Assembly: GCA_020848835.1 (NCBI GenBank)
Contig: JADLHJ010000084.1
Span: forward strand, 86,914 to 150,913
Direction of reading: 5' to 3'
Source: Candidatus Hydrogenedentota bacterium
GTDB taxonomy: Bacteria; Hydrogenedentota; Hydrogenedentia; Hydrogenedentales; SLHB01
Length of the DNA: 64,000 nucleotides
Shown piece by piece: positions 51,235 through 61,082 of this stretch. A program made the translations under genes and the position numbers. Under the pieces are notes generated by a model, which searched no databases, had not been told where the DNA came from, and saw only the letters and a program-made list of their open reading frames with translations. Each line of letters begins with the position of its first letter. Position 1 is the stretch's first letter.

Positions 51235-53283
51235 CTACGAGGGCGGATCGGTGAGGTCCGCCCTCCTTCTTTTTGCAGACAGTTCGAGCGCAGCGACACC
51301 CATCACACAAAACACCGCGGTAACACCCAAGAGCCATAGGGGAAAGCCTGCGCGGTGTTCGGAGCCGAGGGCAGTGTTCGCGATTTCCTGCGCCGCAGGC
51401 GGCAGGCTCTGCGATTGGATTAGCACTGCGACACCATTCACGAGCACGTGACCAATCATTCCGGTGAAGAGCGATCCCGATCGCCATACCATGTAGGTCA
51501 GAACAATACCGCTGACCGCGGTAATGGTCATGCGTTGCAGAACTAGGTGAGACACGCCAAAGGCTATTGAAACGCAAAGAAAGAGCGCCCACGCCGGCAT
51601 GGATTTACGCAGGCCGGACATCAGCGCGCCGCGAAAGAGCACCTCCTCGCAAATTGCAGGCGATACGGCAAGCACCAACAGCAAGATTGGCAATGGCGCG
51701 TCTTCAAATTGCAGCAGCTTTGCCATTTCGTTTGCCAGAGCTTCGGGAAAGGGCCAGACCCAGTCTTGCCACACGCTAAGCTGCTGGCTCCATACGACCC
51801 ATCCCGCGCCAAGCAGAAGCGCGCCGATAAATCCTCCAAGCGAAGGGATGCGAAGCGATAACGCATTGCGCAGGTTCACGCGCGCATACCAGAGCACGAA
51901 CAGCGTAGGCGTCAAGAAAAGGAGCCACTGCGTCGCCGCAACACCTTTTAATCCGAATTGCGCTTGAATATAGGAACCCGCGTAGAACAAAAGCAGCAAA
52001 CATAGCGAGAGTATGAACAGCGACATACCGGGCGTGGGCACATCGCGCGGCGGAATCATCGAACGGCGCAGGGTGATCGGCAGCCCGGCGTCAACCGATA
52101 ATACGACGTCCTCGCGCTGAAACATGCGTGCGGCGATGATCAACGCAATCGCCGCATATACGGTCGTGCTGATAAGCACAACAAGCACAGCTTCGATTGA
52201 CGCTTGCGAAACCATCAACTCCTTGAACAACAGCGAAAAGTTTGCTATCGGCATAAGCTGCGTCGCGGCCGTAAGCCGCGTGCCCGGCACCGTAGCGAGC
52301 GCCGCGGGAAACACAATCAAAATGAGCACTGGCGTCAGCAGGCTCTGCCCCTCGCGGAAGCTGCGCGCAAGCACGGCGACCGACATCATGACCGCGGAAA
52401 TCAGAAAGGCCAGCGGAATCATGGACACAAATATCAGCACCACGCGCCCAACGGGAATGCTGATCGCCAGTTCTGAATCGGTGCCCTGAAGTTGCGCGAA
52501 TTGAAATGCGAGCGTGGTGACCATGCTGCCGAGGTTCGTGATGCCCGTAATCACTGCGATTGAAAAAACGGTCAAAAACTTTCCTGCGAGAATTTCGAGG
52601 CTCTGCGTCGGCGTGGAGAGTAACGTCTCGAAAGTGCCGCGCTCCTTCTCGCCCGCTGTTAAATCGATCGCGGGATAGAACGCGCCGACCCCCACCATGA
52701 CGATCATGATGAGCGGCATGAGCAAACCGAGCATCGCGCCGGTCGTTTTTTCCGCCGATGCGACATTGACCTTCTCGACTTCGAGAGGGCGCGCAAACGA
52801 TTCTGGCAGGCCCGCATTGGTCAAGCGCTGCTTTAATAACTCGTCGTATTGATCGTTCAAAGTTTCCACGACACGCCGAGAAGCTTCTTGCGACGTCGTA
52901 TCGGACGCATCGTAGCGAACATTGATCTTCGCGGTTTGTCCCAGATTGACAAGCTTCAGGAAGCCATCCGGCAGTTCGACAATCGCGTCCACCTTTCCGT
53001 TACGTAACGCCGCCTCAGGATCCGAGAAGTCAAGCAGCAGGTATTTTTCCTTGTCGTTCAGCCAACTGGATACAAGTTCCGCGCCTTCGCCGCGAACGGC
53101 AACCCGCGACTTGGCAGCGTCCAGCTTGTCCTGCTGCATGATCGCCGCCTGCGATCCAAACACAAACAAGGCTGGATACAAGACGAGTGGAATGCCAATC
53201 ATGGCGACCAGCGTGCGCCGATCGCGCAGCATGTCGAGTACTTCCTTGCGGAAAATTACAAGGACCGTGCGAAGGCGCATCAA
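51235..53283 (-). CDS. ABC-2-type transporter permease fused to a C-terminal CPBP (CAAX-protease/Abi) intramembrane metalloprotease domain
   Basis: The N-terminal roughly 420 aa form an ABC-2 (NatB-like) permease with a large extracytoplasmic loop. The C-terminal about 250 aa carry CPBP motifs: 'EEVLFRG' (EExxxR), 'FGVSH' (FxxxH) and a final 'HVLVNG' His. Confidence 0.7.
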   Translation of the reverse strand: MMRLRTVLVIFRKEVLDMLRDRRTLVAMIGIPLVLYPALFVFGSQAAIMQQDKLDAAKSRVAVRGEGAELVSSWLNDKEKYLLLDFSDPEAALRNGKVDAIVELPDGFLKLVNLGQTAKINVRYDASDTTSQEASRRVVETLNDQYDELLKQRLTNAGLPESFARPLEVEKVNVASAEKTTGAMLGLLMPLIMIVMVGVGAFYPAIDLTAGEKERGTFETLLSTPTQSLEILAGKFLTVFSIAVITGITNLGSMVTTLAFQFAQLQGTDSELAISIPVGRVVLIFVSMIPLAFLISAVMMSVAVLARSFREGQSLLTPVLILIVFPAALATVPGTRLTAATQLMPIANFSLLFKELMVSQASIEAVLVVLISTTVYAAIALIIAARMFQREDVVLSVDAGLPITLRRSMIPPRDVPTPGMSLFILSLCLLLLFYAGSYIQAQFGLKGVAATQWLLFLTPTLFVLWYARVNLRNALSLRIPSLGGFIGALLLGAGWVVWSQQLSVWQDWVWPFPEALANEMAKLLQFEDAPLPILLLVLAVSPAICEEVLFRGALMSGLRKSMPAWALFLCVSIAFGVSHLVLQRMTITAVSGIVLTYMVWRSGSLFTGMIGHVLVNGVAVLIQSQSLPPAAQEIANTALGSEHRAGFPLWLLGVTAVFCVMGVAALELSAKRRRADLTDPPS

Positions 53284-54056
53284 GCGGCCGCTTTCCTGTT
53301 AATGACGGCCAGGAAGGCGTCGTGCAAATTCGTAGTCTGCGTTTGGCGCATCAGTTCGTCGAGCGGACTCGCACAGAGGATCTCACCATTAAAGATGATG
53401 CCGATGCGATCACACAGTAATTCCGCCTCCCCCATGTCATGCGTCGAGAAAATGATGCTATGGTTGCGGCGCTTGGCCTGCTGCACGAATTCCAGAATCG
53501 TGGTGCGCGCCATAATATCGAGACCCAGCGTAGGCTCGTCGAGAATGAGCACATCCGGGTCGTGCAGCAGCACGCGTGCGATGGAGACTTTTTGCGTTTG
53601 CCCCGTGGACAAAGTGTCGCAACGGCGATCCAGAAACGAATTCATATCGAGTGACGAAGACAGTTCTTCCGTGCGCTGCGCAATCGCCGGCAGCGCCATT
53701 TCGTAGAGTTGACCAAAATAACGCAACACTTCGCGCGGGGTAAGCCTGCCGTAAACACGCGTGTTACCCGACAAAAAACCAACATGCCTGCGCGCGACAT
53801 TAGGCGAAGTGTCGGCGGGGTGCCCTGCAATGACGCGGTGCCCGGAAGTCGGCGTGATAATGGTCGCCAGCATCCGCAGCAGCGTCGTCTTGCCCGCGCC
53901 GTTCGGCCCAAGCAGACCGAAAATCTCCCCCGCCTCGACATAAAACGTCGCATCGGCGACCGCGACGATCGGTTTTCCGCCAGGCCCGTGAAACTCCTTG
54001 CGAAGGTGTTCCGCCTGGATTAAGGCCCCGCTACGATTTGTTACGAAACTGTCCAT
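53280..54056 (-). CDS. ABC transporter ATP-binding protein (partner of the ABC-2/CPBP permease)
   Basis: Walker A 'GPNGAGKTT', signature 'LSTGQTQK' and Walker B 'LILDEP'. The start is set to 'MDSFVTN...' at 54056; there is a 4-nt overlap with the permease gene. Confidence 0.8.
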   Translation of the reverse strand: MDSFVTNRSGALIQAEHLRKEFHGPGGKPIVAVADATFYVEAGEIFGLLGPNGAGKTTLLRMLATIITPTSGHRVIAGHPADTSPNVARRHVGFLSGNTRVYGRLTPREVLRYFGQLYEMALPAIAQRTEELSSSLDMNSFLDRRCDTLSTGQTQKVSIARVLLHDPDVLILDEPTLGLDIMARTTILEFVQQAKRRNHSIIFSTHDMGEAELLCDRIGIIFNGEILCASPLDELMRQTQTTNLHDAFLAVINRKAAA

Positions 54057-54174
54057 TGAACGCTCGTGTACTCGACTCCGGCGCAAGCGTGGCATCCGGC
54101 TTAAACCCGTGTCAAGCCTGTTTGTGCGCAACAACCGAACGCGCTAGAGTGAACGAGCAGGAAAGGTGCGTCAC

Positions 54175-54462
54175 ATGCCTTGTTTACTGATACTCATCGT
54201 TCTTATCACGCCACGCATTGCGCTGGTGCTCATGTGGCTGTTTTCGTATACGGCCACTGCATTTCAAACGAACATCTGGCCCTTGTTGGGTTTTTTCTTC
54301 ATGCCCTACACCACCTGCGCGTACGCGATCGGCATGAATGCAAACGGCGGATTCCACGGGTGGAGTCTCGTGTTGTTAATTATCGGGGTAATGTTCGATT
54401 TGGGCAGCCATGGCGGCTCTGCGCGTTCGCGGCGAAAAGTGGTTGTATATAGAAACTCGTAG
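54175..54462 (+). CDS. Small hypothetical membrane protein (about 95 aa, two or three predicted TM helices)
   Basis: Hydrophobic segments 'LLILIVLITPRIALVLMWLF' and 'GWSLVLLIIGVMF'. The ATG at 54175 is preceded by 'AGGAAAGG'. Confidence 0.35.
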   Translation: MPCLLILIVLITPRIALVLMWLFSYTATAFQTNIWPLLGFFFMPYTTCAYAIGMNANGGFHGWSLVLLIIGVMFDLGSHGGSARSRRKVVVYRNS

Positions 54463-54482
54463 ACATTCTATTTGGGGGAAAC

Positions 54483-55256
54483 TTGGGTAAAGCAGTCGCA
54501 TTAATTACCGGTGCCAGCCGGGGCATTGGAAAGGGCATTGCGCTCGAACTGGCTTCACACGGTTACGACATCGCCGGCATGGCGACGAGCCTGACCAGCG
54601 GGATCGAAGACACCAAGCGGGAGGTCGAGGCACGCGGTCAGCAGTTCTTGACTGTGGTGGCGGATGTCGGCGCGTTGGACCAGCACGAACGCGTCGCGGA
54701 CGAGGTAATGGCCACGTTCGGGCGAATCGATGTCTTGGTCAACAATGCAGGCGTCGCGCCGAAGGTGCGGCTCGATATTCTTGAGACAAACGACGAAAGT
54801 TTTGACCGCCTTGTTGACATCAACCTGCGCGGCCCGTTCTTCCTCACCCAGCGCGTCGCCAACCAAATGATTAAGCAAACGGCAGCGGGCGCGCCCTATG
54901 CCCCAAAAATCGTTTTCATTACCAGCATCTCGTCAAATGTCGCCAGTACAAACCGCGCCGAATATTGCATCAGCAAAGCCGGACTCAGCATGGCCGCGCA
55001 AACCTACGCCGTCCGCCTCGCCGAGTATGGCATCAACGTCTACGAAATCCGACCCGGCATGACCGACACCGACATGGTCGCGCCGGCAAAGAAAAAGTAC
55101 GACGACCTTATCGCCAAAGGCCTGCTACTCACTTCGCGCTGGGGAACACCCCAGGACATCGGTAAAGCAGTCGTAGCCTTTTGCGAGGGATACTTCGACT
55201 ACGCCACCGGGGCAGTTATCGAAATCGGCGGCGGCTACGGTGTGGAGCGACTTTAG
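54483..55256 (+). CDS. Short-chain dehydrogenase/reductase (SDR) family oxidoreductase
   Basis: 'TGASRGIGKGIA' cofactor motif, 'NNAG', and a catalytic 'YCISKAG' (YxxxK). The start is a TTG, preceded by 'GGGGGA'. Confidence 0.8.
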   Translation: MGKAVALITGASRGIGKGIALELASHGYDIAGMATSLTSGIEDTKREVEARGQQFLTVVADVGALDQHERVADEVMATFGRIDVLVNNAGVAPKVRLDILETNDESFDRLVDINLRGPFFLTQRVANQMIKQTAAGAPYAPKIVFITSISSNVASTNRAEYCISKAGLSMAAQTYAVRLAEYGINVYEIRPGMTDTDMVAPAKKKYDDLIAKGLLLTSRWGTPQDIGKAVVAFCEGYFDYATGAVIEIGGGYGVERL

Positions 55257-55392
55257 AAGACGATACCCGTCTTAGCGTTGGGAATAATCGAGTACCCGCG
55301 ACCGTTTGCGGTATACTCATTCCGCTGCGGTATTGACGCCCCGGATTGGCCACGTTGGCCATGCGCGGGGCGTTTGGAGTTTGTGCGAATTC

Positions 55393-58248
55393 ATGCCACC
55401 CAAGAAACCTGTCATACACGATCACATTGTCATTCGCGGGGCGCGCGAGCATAACCTGCAAAACATCAACATTAGCATTCCCCGCGACAAACTGGTGGTC
55501 ATCACCGGGCTGAGCGGCTCCGGCAAGTCGAGTCTCGCCTTCGACACTATCTACGCGGAAGGCCAGCGGCGTTACGTCGAAAGCCTTTCCGCCTACGCGC
55601 GGCAGTTCCTCGAGCAAATGGAAAAGCCGGATGTGGATTACATCGAAGGGTTGAGCCCGGCGATCTCCATCGAACAAAAAACCACGCACCGTAACCCGCG
55701 CTCAACCGTGGGCACCGTCACCGAAATCTACGACTACCTGCGTCTGCTCTTCGCGCGCGTTGGCAAGCCGCACTGCTACAAATGCGGCAAGCCGATTCAG
55801 GCGCAGTCGGCCCAGCAGATTGTTGACTCGATCCAGAACCTACCGGAAGGGACCAAAATCCAGTTGCTGGCCCCGGTTATCCGGCAACGTAAAGGCACCT
55901 ACCAAAAAGTTTTTGAAGACATTAAGCGCCAAGGCTTCACGCGGATCCGCGTCAATGGCGAGTTCAAGACCGTCGACGAAAAAATCGAGCTGGCGCGCTA
56001 CGAGAAGCACGACATCGATGTAGTCGTTGATCGGCTAGTCGTGAAAGCCGGTATCGCGCGCCGTCTATCGGACAGCGTAGAAACCTGTCTGAAGCTTGCC
56101 GAAGGCATCATTCGCATACACCAGGAAGCGCCCGACAAGAAAGTTACCGAAACGCTACAGAGCGAACATTTCGCATGCGTGGATTGCGGCATAAGTTTCG
56201 AAGAACTCGCGCCGAGGATGTTCTCCTTCAACAATCCGCACGGCGCTTGCCCGGAGTGCACTGGACTAGGCACAACGATTGAAGTCGATCCGGAACTCGT
56301 TGTGCCCGATCCCACGCTCTCGATTGAAGACGGAGCCGTCGCCGCGTGGAGTCCACGGCGCATGGCCGATGCGTGGTACCTGCGCGCGTTGAAGTGCGTG
56401 TTGAAACATTACAAGCAGGACACCTTGACGCCTTGGAAACGCCTGCCCGAGAGCATTCAAAAGAAAATACTCTACGGTTCCGACGGCGAATTGATCGATT
56501 TCTCGTACTCAAACGAGCGCAAGACCGTGGAAATAAAACGGCCCTTCGAAGGCGTCATTCCCAATCTTGAGCGCCGCTTCAAAGAAACCGAGAGCGCACG
56601 GGCACGCGAAATCATCAGCGAATTCATGTCTTCAAAACCCTGCCCTGCGTGCAACGGTGCACGGCTGCGGCCAGAATCGATAGCGGTCAAGATCGGTGAT
56701 CGTTCCATCCTCGATGTAACCGGCCTGTCGATTGGTGAGGCGCTGGCTTACTTCAAAGGCCTCGAACTATCCAAAACCGAAAAAATGATCGCCGAACGCG
56801 TGCTGAAAGAAATCCGCGAACGGCTCGGCTTCCTCGTCAACGTTGGCCTCGACTACCTTTCGATGGAGCGCAACGCGGGCACGTTATCCGGCGGTGAATC
56901 ACAACGCATTCGCCTCGCAACGCAAATCGGCGCAGGTCTAATGGGCGTGTTGTATATCCTCGACGAACCCAGCATCGGCCTTCACCAGCGCGACAATATG
57001 AAGTTAATCGCCACTCTCACGCGCCTGCGCGATTTGGGCAATACCGTCATCGTCGTCGAGCACGATGAGGACACCATCCGCACTGCGGATCACGTAATCG
57101 ACCTCGGTCCCGGGGCGGGCGTGCATGGCGGGCGCATCATCGCGCAAGGCTCGCCGCAGCAGGTGATGAAGGTCAAAGACTCATGGACCGGCAAATATCT
57201 TTCTGGCACATTCAAGATCCGCGCGCCAAAGCAACGCCGTAAAGCGAACGGAAAATCGTTGGTCATTCGTGGCGCCGAGCATAACAACCTCAAGAAAGTC
57301 GATGTCGAATTTCCGCTGGGATTGTTCACGTGCATTACCGGCGTGTCAGGCTCCGGCAAATCGAGCCTGATCAACGAAACGCTCTATCCCGCCGCACATC
57401 GCGCGGTGTACGACACGACGCCTATGAAACCGGGTAAGCACACGAAGATCGACGGCCTGCAGCATATCGACAAAGTCATCGACATCGACCAGTCCCCCAT
57501 CGGCCGCACACCGCGCTCGAACCCGGCGACCTATACGGGGCTTTTCGGTCCCATTCGCGAGATATTCAGCAAAGTACCGGAGGCGCGCGCACGCGGCTAC
57601 CAGCCCGGCCGCTTCAGCTTCAATGTCAAAGGCGGCCGCTGCGAAACCTGCGAAGGTGACGGCGTGCTGCGCATCGAGATGCACTTCTTGCCGGATGTCT
57701 ACGTCCCTTGCGAAGAGTGCAAAGGCATGCGTTACAACCGAGACACACTCGAGGTGCGTTACAAAGGCAAGAACATTTTTGAAGTGCTCGACATGACCGT
57801 CGAAGAAGGTTGTGAGTTCTTCAAGAACATTCCCTCTGCGAATACGAAACTGGAAACGCTCAACGACGTCGGCCTGGGTTACATCAAGCTTGGCCAAGCG
57901 GCGACGACGTTGTCCGGTGGCGAGGCACAACGCGTGAAACTCGCAACCGAGCTATCGAAACGTCAAACAGGCCGCACGCTGTACATTCTCGATGAACCGA
58001 CGACCGGTCTGCACGCGGTGGATGTGGACAAGTTGTTGCAGGTACTACATCGGTTGGTGGAGTCTGGCAATACGGTGCTCGTAATCGAACACAATCTTGA
58101 CGTGATCAAGACCGCGGATTGGATCATCGATCTCGGACCCGAAGGTGGTGATCGTGGCGGTCAGATTATTGCGGTAGGTACACCAGAAGACATCGCGAAG
58201 GTAAAAGAATCATACACGGGTCAACACTTAAAACCGATGCTGAAGTGA
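55393..58248 (+). CDS. uvrA: Excinuclease ABC subunit A
   Basis: Two ABC ATPase modules ('GLSGSGKSS', 'GVSGSGKSS') and zinc-finger Cys clusters; about 951 aa from the ATG at 55393. Confidence 0.95.
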   Translation: MPPKKPVIHDHIVIRGAREHNLQNINISIPRDKLVVITGLSGSGKSSLAFDTIYAEGQRRYVESLSAYARQFLEQMEKPDVDYIEGLSPAISIEQKTTHRNPRSTVGTVTEIYDYLRLLFARVGKPHCYKCGKPIQAQSAQQIVDSIQNLPEGTKIQLLAPVIRQRKGTYQKVFEDIKRQGFTRIRVNGEFKTVDEKIELARYEKHDIDVVVDRLVVKAGIARRLSDSVETCLKLAEGIIRIHQEAPDKKVTETLQSEHFACVDCGISFEELAPRMFSFNNPHGACPECTGLGTTIEVDPELVVPDPTLSIEDGAVAAWSPRRMADAWYLRALKCVLKHYKQDTLTPWKRLPESIQKKILYGSDGELIDFSYSNERKTVEIKRPFEGVIPNLERRFKETESARAREIISEFMSSKPCPACNGARLRPESIAVKIGDRSILDVTGLSIGEALAYFKGLELSKTEKMIAERVLKEIRERLGFLVNVGLDYLSMERNAGTLSGGESQRIRLATQIGAGLMGVLYILDEPSIGLHQRDNMKLIATLTRLRDLGNTVIVVEHDEDTIRTADHVIDLGPGAGVHGGRIIAQGSPQQVMKVKDSWTGKYLSGTFKIRAPKQRRKANGKSLVIRGAEHNNLKKVDVEFPLGLFTCITGVSGSGKSSLINETLYPAAHRAVYDTTPMKPGKHTKIDGLQHIDKVIDIDQSPIGRTPRSNPATYTGLFGPIREIFSKVPEARARGYQPGRFSFNVKGGRCETCEGDGVLRIEMHFLPDVYVPCEECKGMRYNRDTLEVRYKGKNIFEVLDMTVEEGCEFFKNIPSANTKLETLNDVGLGYIKLGQAATTLSGGEAQRVKLATELSKRQTGRTLYILDEPTTGLHAVDVDKLLQVLHRLVESGNTVLVIEHNLDVIKTADWIIDLGPEGGDRGGQIIAVGTPEDIAKVKESYTGQHLKPMLK

Positions 58249-58254
58249 TGTGTA

Positions 58255-58276
58255 GAGCCGAATTGGAATTCGGCTC
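58255..58276. terminator. Hairpin between convergent uvrA and lpdA (candidate bidirectional terminator)
   Basis: The near-perfect palindrome 'GAGCCGAATTGGAATTCGGCTC' lies 7 nt after the uvrA stop. No strong U-tract. Confidence 0.35.
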
Positions 58277-58279
58277 AAC

Positions 58280-59716
58280 TCAATTAGCGGGTTGATTCTT
58301 TCTTGGACGGTACACGTGCGTACCCGTACCGAAGATTAGCTCCGCGGATTCCATCAAGGTTTCGCTCAGTGTTGGGTGCGGGTGGATCGACATGCCGAGA
58401 TCGGTTGCCGTCGCGCCCATTTCGATTGCGAGCACGCCTTCGGCAATCAGTTCGCCCGCGCCGGGACCAACGATGCCAATGCCGAGTACAAGTCCCGACT
58501 CCGGATCGGTGAGGAACTTGGTGAGGCCGTCTTGCCGGTTCAGCGTAGTCGCGCGGCCCGATGCGGCCCACGGGAAGCGCGCAACATGAACGGTGCGACC
58601 TTCCTTCTGCGCCTGGCGTTCGGTGAGTCCCGCCCACGCTACCTCTGGATCGGTGAACACCACCGCAGGAATCGCTGCAGGCTCGAACGCCGTGTTATGT
58701 CCAGCAATCGCTTCCGCGGCGATGCGCCCTTCGTGCGACGCCTTGTGCGCGAGCATGGGCTCTCCTGCGATGTCGCCGATCGCGTAAATAGCCGGGTCGT
58801 TCGTGCAGCGTTGCGCATTCACTTCGACAAAACCGCGCGCGTTCACGACAACTTTGGTGTTGTTCAATCCGAGGCCGCTCGAGTTTGGCTTGCGGCCAAT
58901 ACTAATCAGGACCCGGTCATAGGTCTCTTTCAATTGATTACCGTCTTTTGACTGGAGCGAAACGGTGATACTGTCCTTCGCTTCTTTCAATCCCAGCACC
59001 TTCGTACCGAGATATATCTTATTGAAGACCTTCTCCATGCGCTGCGTCAGCACCGTCACGAGATCCTCATCAGCTCCCGGCAAAAGTCCATCGGTCATTT
59101 CGACGACGTTGACCTTTGAACCCAGTGCCGCGTACACCGTGCCGAGTTCAAGGCCAATATATCCGCCACCAATCACAAGCATGGTCTTTGGGATATCGGG
59201 CAACTGCAAGGCGGTCGTCGAGTTCAGCACGCGATCGGATTCTAGAAACAAATCAGGCAGCGTCGCAGGGCGCGATCCCGCCGCGAGAATCGTGTAATCC
59301 GTTTTTACAATTTCTTCCTTACCGTCTTCGTGAACAACCTTGATGGTCGTCGAGTCTTCAAAATTCGCGCGGCCCTGAATGAACTTGATCTTGCGGGCTT
59401 TGCACAACTGGCCAAGTCCGCCGGTCATTTTGGAAATGACCGCATCCTTGCTGCCGCGCAGTTTGGCAAGTTCAATCGAAGGCTGCTCGAAATGAATGCC
59501 CCAGTGCTCGGCTTCCTTCGCTTCGTTCAACACTTTGGCGACGTGCAACATCGCCTTGGACGGAATGCAGCCGCGGTATAGACACACGCCCCCGGGGTTC
59601 GCTTCCACGTCGATGATAGTTACATCCAGGCCAAGATCGTTCGCGGCAAACGCGGCCGCGTATCCACCCGGCCCGCCACCGATGATGGCGACCTTTTTTC
59701 CGTTCTTTGTGCTCAT
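58280..59716 (-). CDS. lpdA: Dihydrolipoyl dehydrogenase (E3)
   Basis: FAD-binding 'GGGPGGY' motif and the redox disulfide 'GGVCLYRGCIPSK'. Confidence 0.9.
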   Translation of the reverse strand: MSTKNGKKVAIIGGGPGGYAAAFAANDLGLDVTIIDVEANPGGVCLYRGCIPSKAMLHVAKVLNEAKEAEHWGIHFEQPSIELAKLRGSKDAVISKMTGGLGQLCKARKIKFIQGRANFEDSTTIKVVHEDGKEEIVKTDYTILAAGSRPATLPDLFLESDRVLNSTTALQLPDIPKTMLVIGGGYIGLELGTVYAALGSKVNVVEMTDGLLPGADEDLVTVLTQRMEKVFNKIYLGTKVLGLKEAKDSITVSLQSKDGNQLKETYDRVLISIGRKPNSSGLGLNNTKVVVNARGFVEVNAQRCTNDPAIYAIGDIAGEPMLAHKASHEGRIAAEAIAGHNTAFEPAAIPAVVFTDPEVAWAGLTERQAQKEGRTVHVARFPWAASGRATTLNRQDGLTKFLTDPESGLVLGIGIVGPGAGELIAEGVLAIEMGATATDLGMSIHPHPTLSETLMESAELIFGTGTHVYRPRKNQPAN

Positions 59717-59757
59717 TCACGTCCCTTGGAGAAAGCGACGGCAATCTGCCGGCGCGA

Positions 59758-61065
59758 TTAGTTATCGAGGAGAAGCGACAGCGGCTGTTCCAGCGTGTCG
59801 CACAGCCAGCGCACGAAACGTGCGGCATCCGCACCATCGATCACGCGATGATCGTAAGACAATGACAGCGGCAACATCGTCCGCGGTTGGAACGCGCCGT
59901 CGATGTAAACCGGCTCGACGCGCCCGCGCGACACGCCCAGGATCGCGACCTCGGGCGGGTTGATAATCGGCGTAAACGATGTGCCACCCACGCCTCCGAG
60001 ATTGCTGATGGTGAAGGTCGCGCCCTGCATTTCTTCCAGGCGGTTCTTTTTTTCGCGCGCCCGCGCAGCCATTTCCTGCAACTCGATCGCGATTTCCGTC
60101 ACGCTCTTCGTATCGACATTGCGCACGACGGGCACGATAAGCCCGCGATCCGTATCCACCGCGACGCCGATGTTGTAATACTTCTTGTAGGTAATCTCTT
60201 GCGCGAGCACGTCCACACTGGAATTAAACTGTGGGAATTTTTTGAGTGCGCCTGCCAGCAATTTCACAAGAAGGGCAGTGACCGTCAGCTTCCCTCCCGC
60301 CGCTTCCACGCGCTTGCCATATTGCTGGCGGAATTTCTCGACGTCGGTGATGTCCGCCTTGTCGAACTGCGTGACGTGCGGAATCGTGGTCCACGCGTGC
60401 GTCAAATTTTCGGAGGTGCGGCGCCGTACGCTGTTCATCGGCACACGCTCAATTTCGCCAAACGAGGTCGCCTCAGGCGCAGCGGGTGCGCTCGGTGCGG
60501 CCGGCGCGGATTGACGCGCAGCAGGACGTGCATCGCCGCGCGCCTGACGCGAATAGGACTTCACATCTTCAATGGTGACGCGTCCACCGGGCCCTGAACC
60601 CGCGACCTGGCTCACATCAATACCAATTTCACGCGCGAGCCGGCGCACGGACGGCGATGCAGGCACGGGCGTTGTTCCGGACTGCATAACCGGCGCAGGC
60701 TGCGGCGCTGCGGCGCGCAGCGCGGGAGCTGGGGCCGAAGGGGCAGGCGCTGCTTGTGCTTTAGGCGCCTCCGCTTGCGCTGGTGCAGGGGCGGCCGCAG
60801 GCACAGGCGCTTCCGCCTGCTGCGTGCCATTCCCAGAAAGTACCATGACAACTTCACCGACGCGCATGGGTTGGCCTTCGCGCGCACGAATTTCGGTCAC
60901 GGTTCCCGCGACGGCGGACGGCACTTCGGTCGAAGCCTTGTCCGTTTCGATTTCCATCACCGGCTGGTCTTTGCGCACGGCGTCGCCGATGCCCACCAGC
61001 AATTTCGTAACGGTGACTTTGTCTACATTTTCCGCAAGCGCGGGCAATTTGAATTCGACTGTCAT
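59758..61065 (-). CDS. aceF: Dihydrolipoamide acetyltransferase (E2) of the pyruvate dehydrogenase complex
   Basis: One lipoyl domain ('IETDKAS'), Ala/Pro-rich linkers, a peripheral-subunit-binding domain ('SPSVRRLAREIGIDVSQV') and the catalytic 'DHRVIDGA'. Confidence 0.85.
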   Translation of the reverse strand: MTVEFKLPALAENVDKVTVTKLLVGIGDAVRKDQPVMEIETDKASTEVPSAVAGTVTEIRAREGQPMRVGEVVMVLSGNGTQQAEAPVPAAAPAPAQAEAPKAQAAPAPSAPAPALRAAAPQPAPVMQSGTTPVPASPSVRRLAREIGIDVSQVAGSGPGGRVTIEDVKSYSRQARGDARPAARQSAPAAPSAPAAPEATSFGEIERVPMNSVRRRTSENLTHAWTTIPHVTQFDKADITDVEKFRQQYGKRVEAAGGKLTVTALLVKLLAGALKKFPQFNSSVDVLAQEITYKKYYNIGVAVDTDRGLIVPVVRNVDTKSVTEIAIELQEMAARAREKKNRLEEMQGATFTISNLGGVGGTSFTPIINPPEVAILGVSRGRVEPVYIDGAFQPRTMLPLSLSYDHRVIDGADAARFVRWLCDTLEQPLSLLLDN

Positions 61066-61082
61066 TATCGCTGTCCTGGTCC

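Noticed and set aside
55306-55392. Upstream 29 aa of the uvrA track ORF
   Set aside because: UvrA orthologues begin at the 'MPPKKPV...[11 protein letters not shown]' equivalent. The upstream stretch is not conserved and lies in the SDR-uvrA intergenic region.
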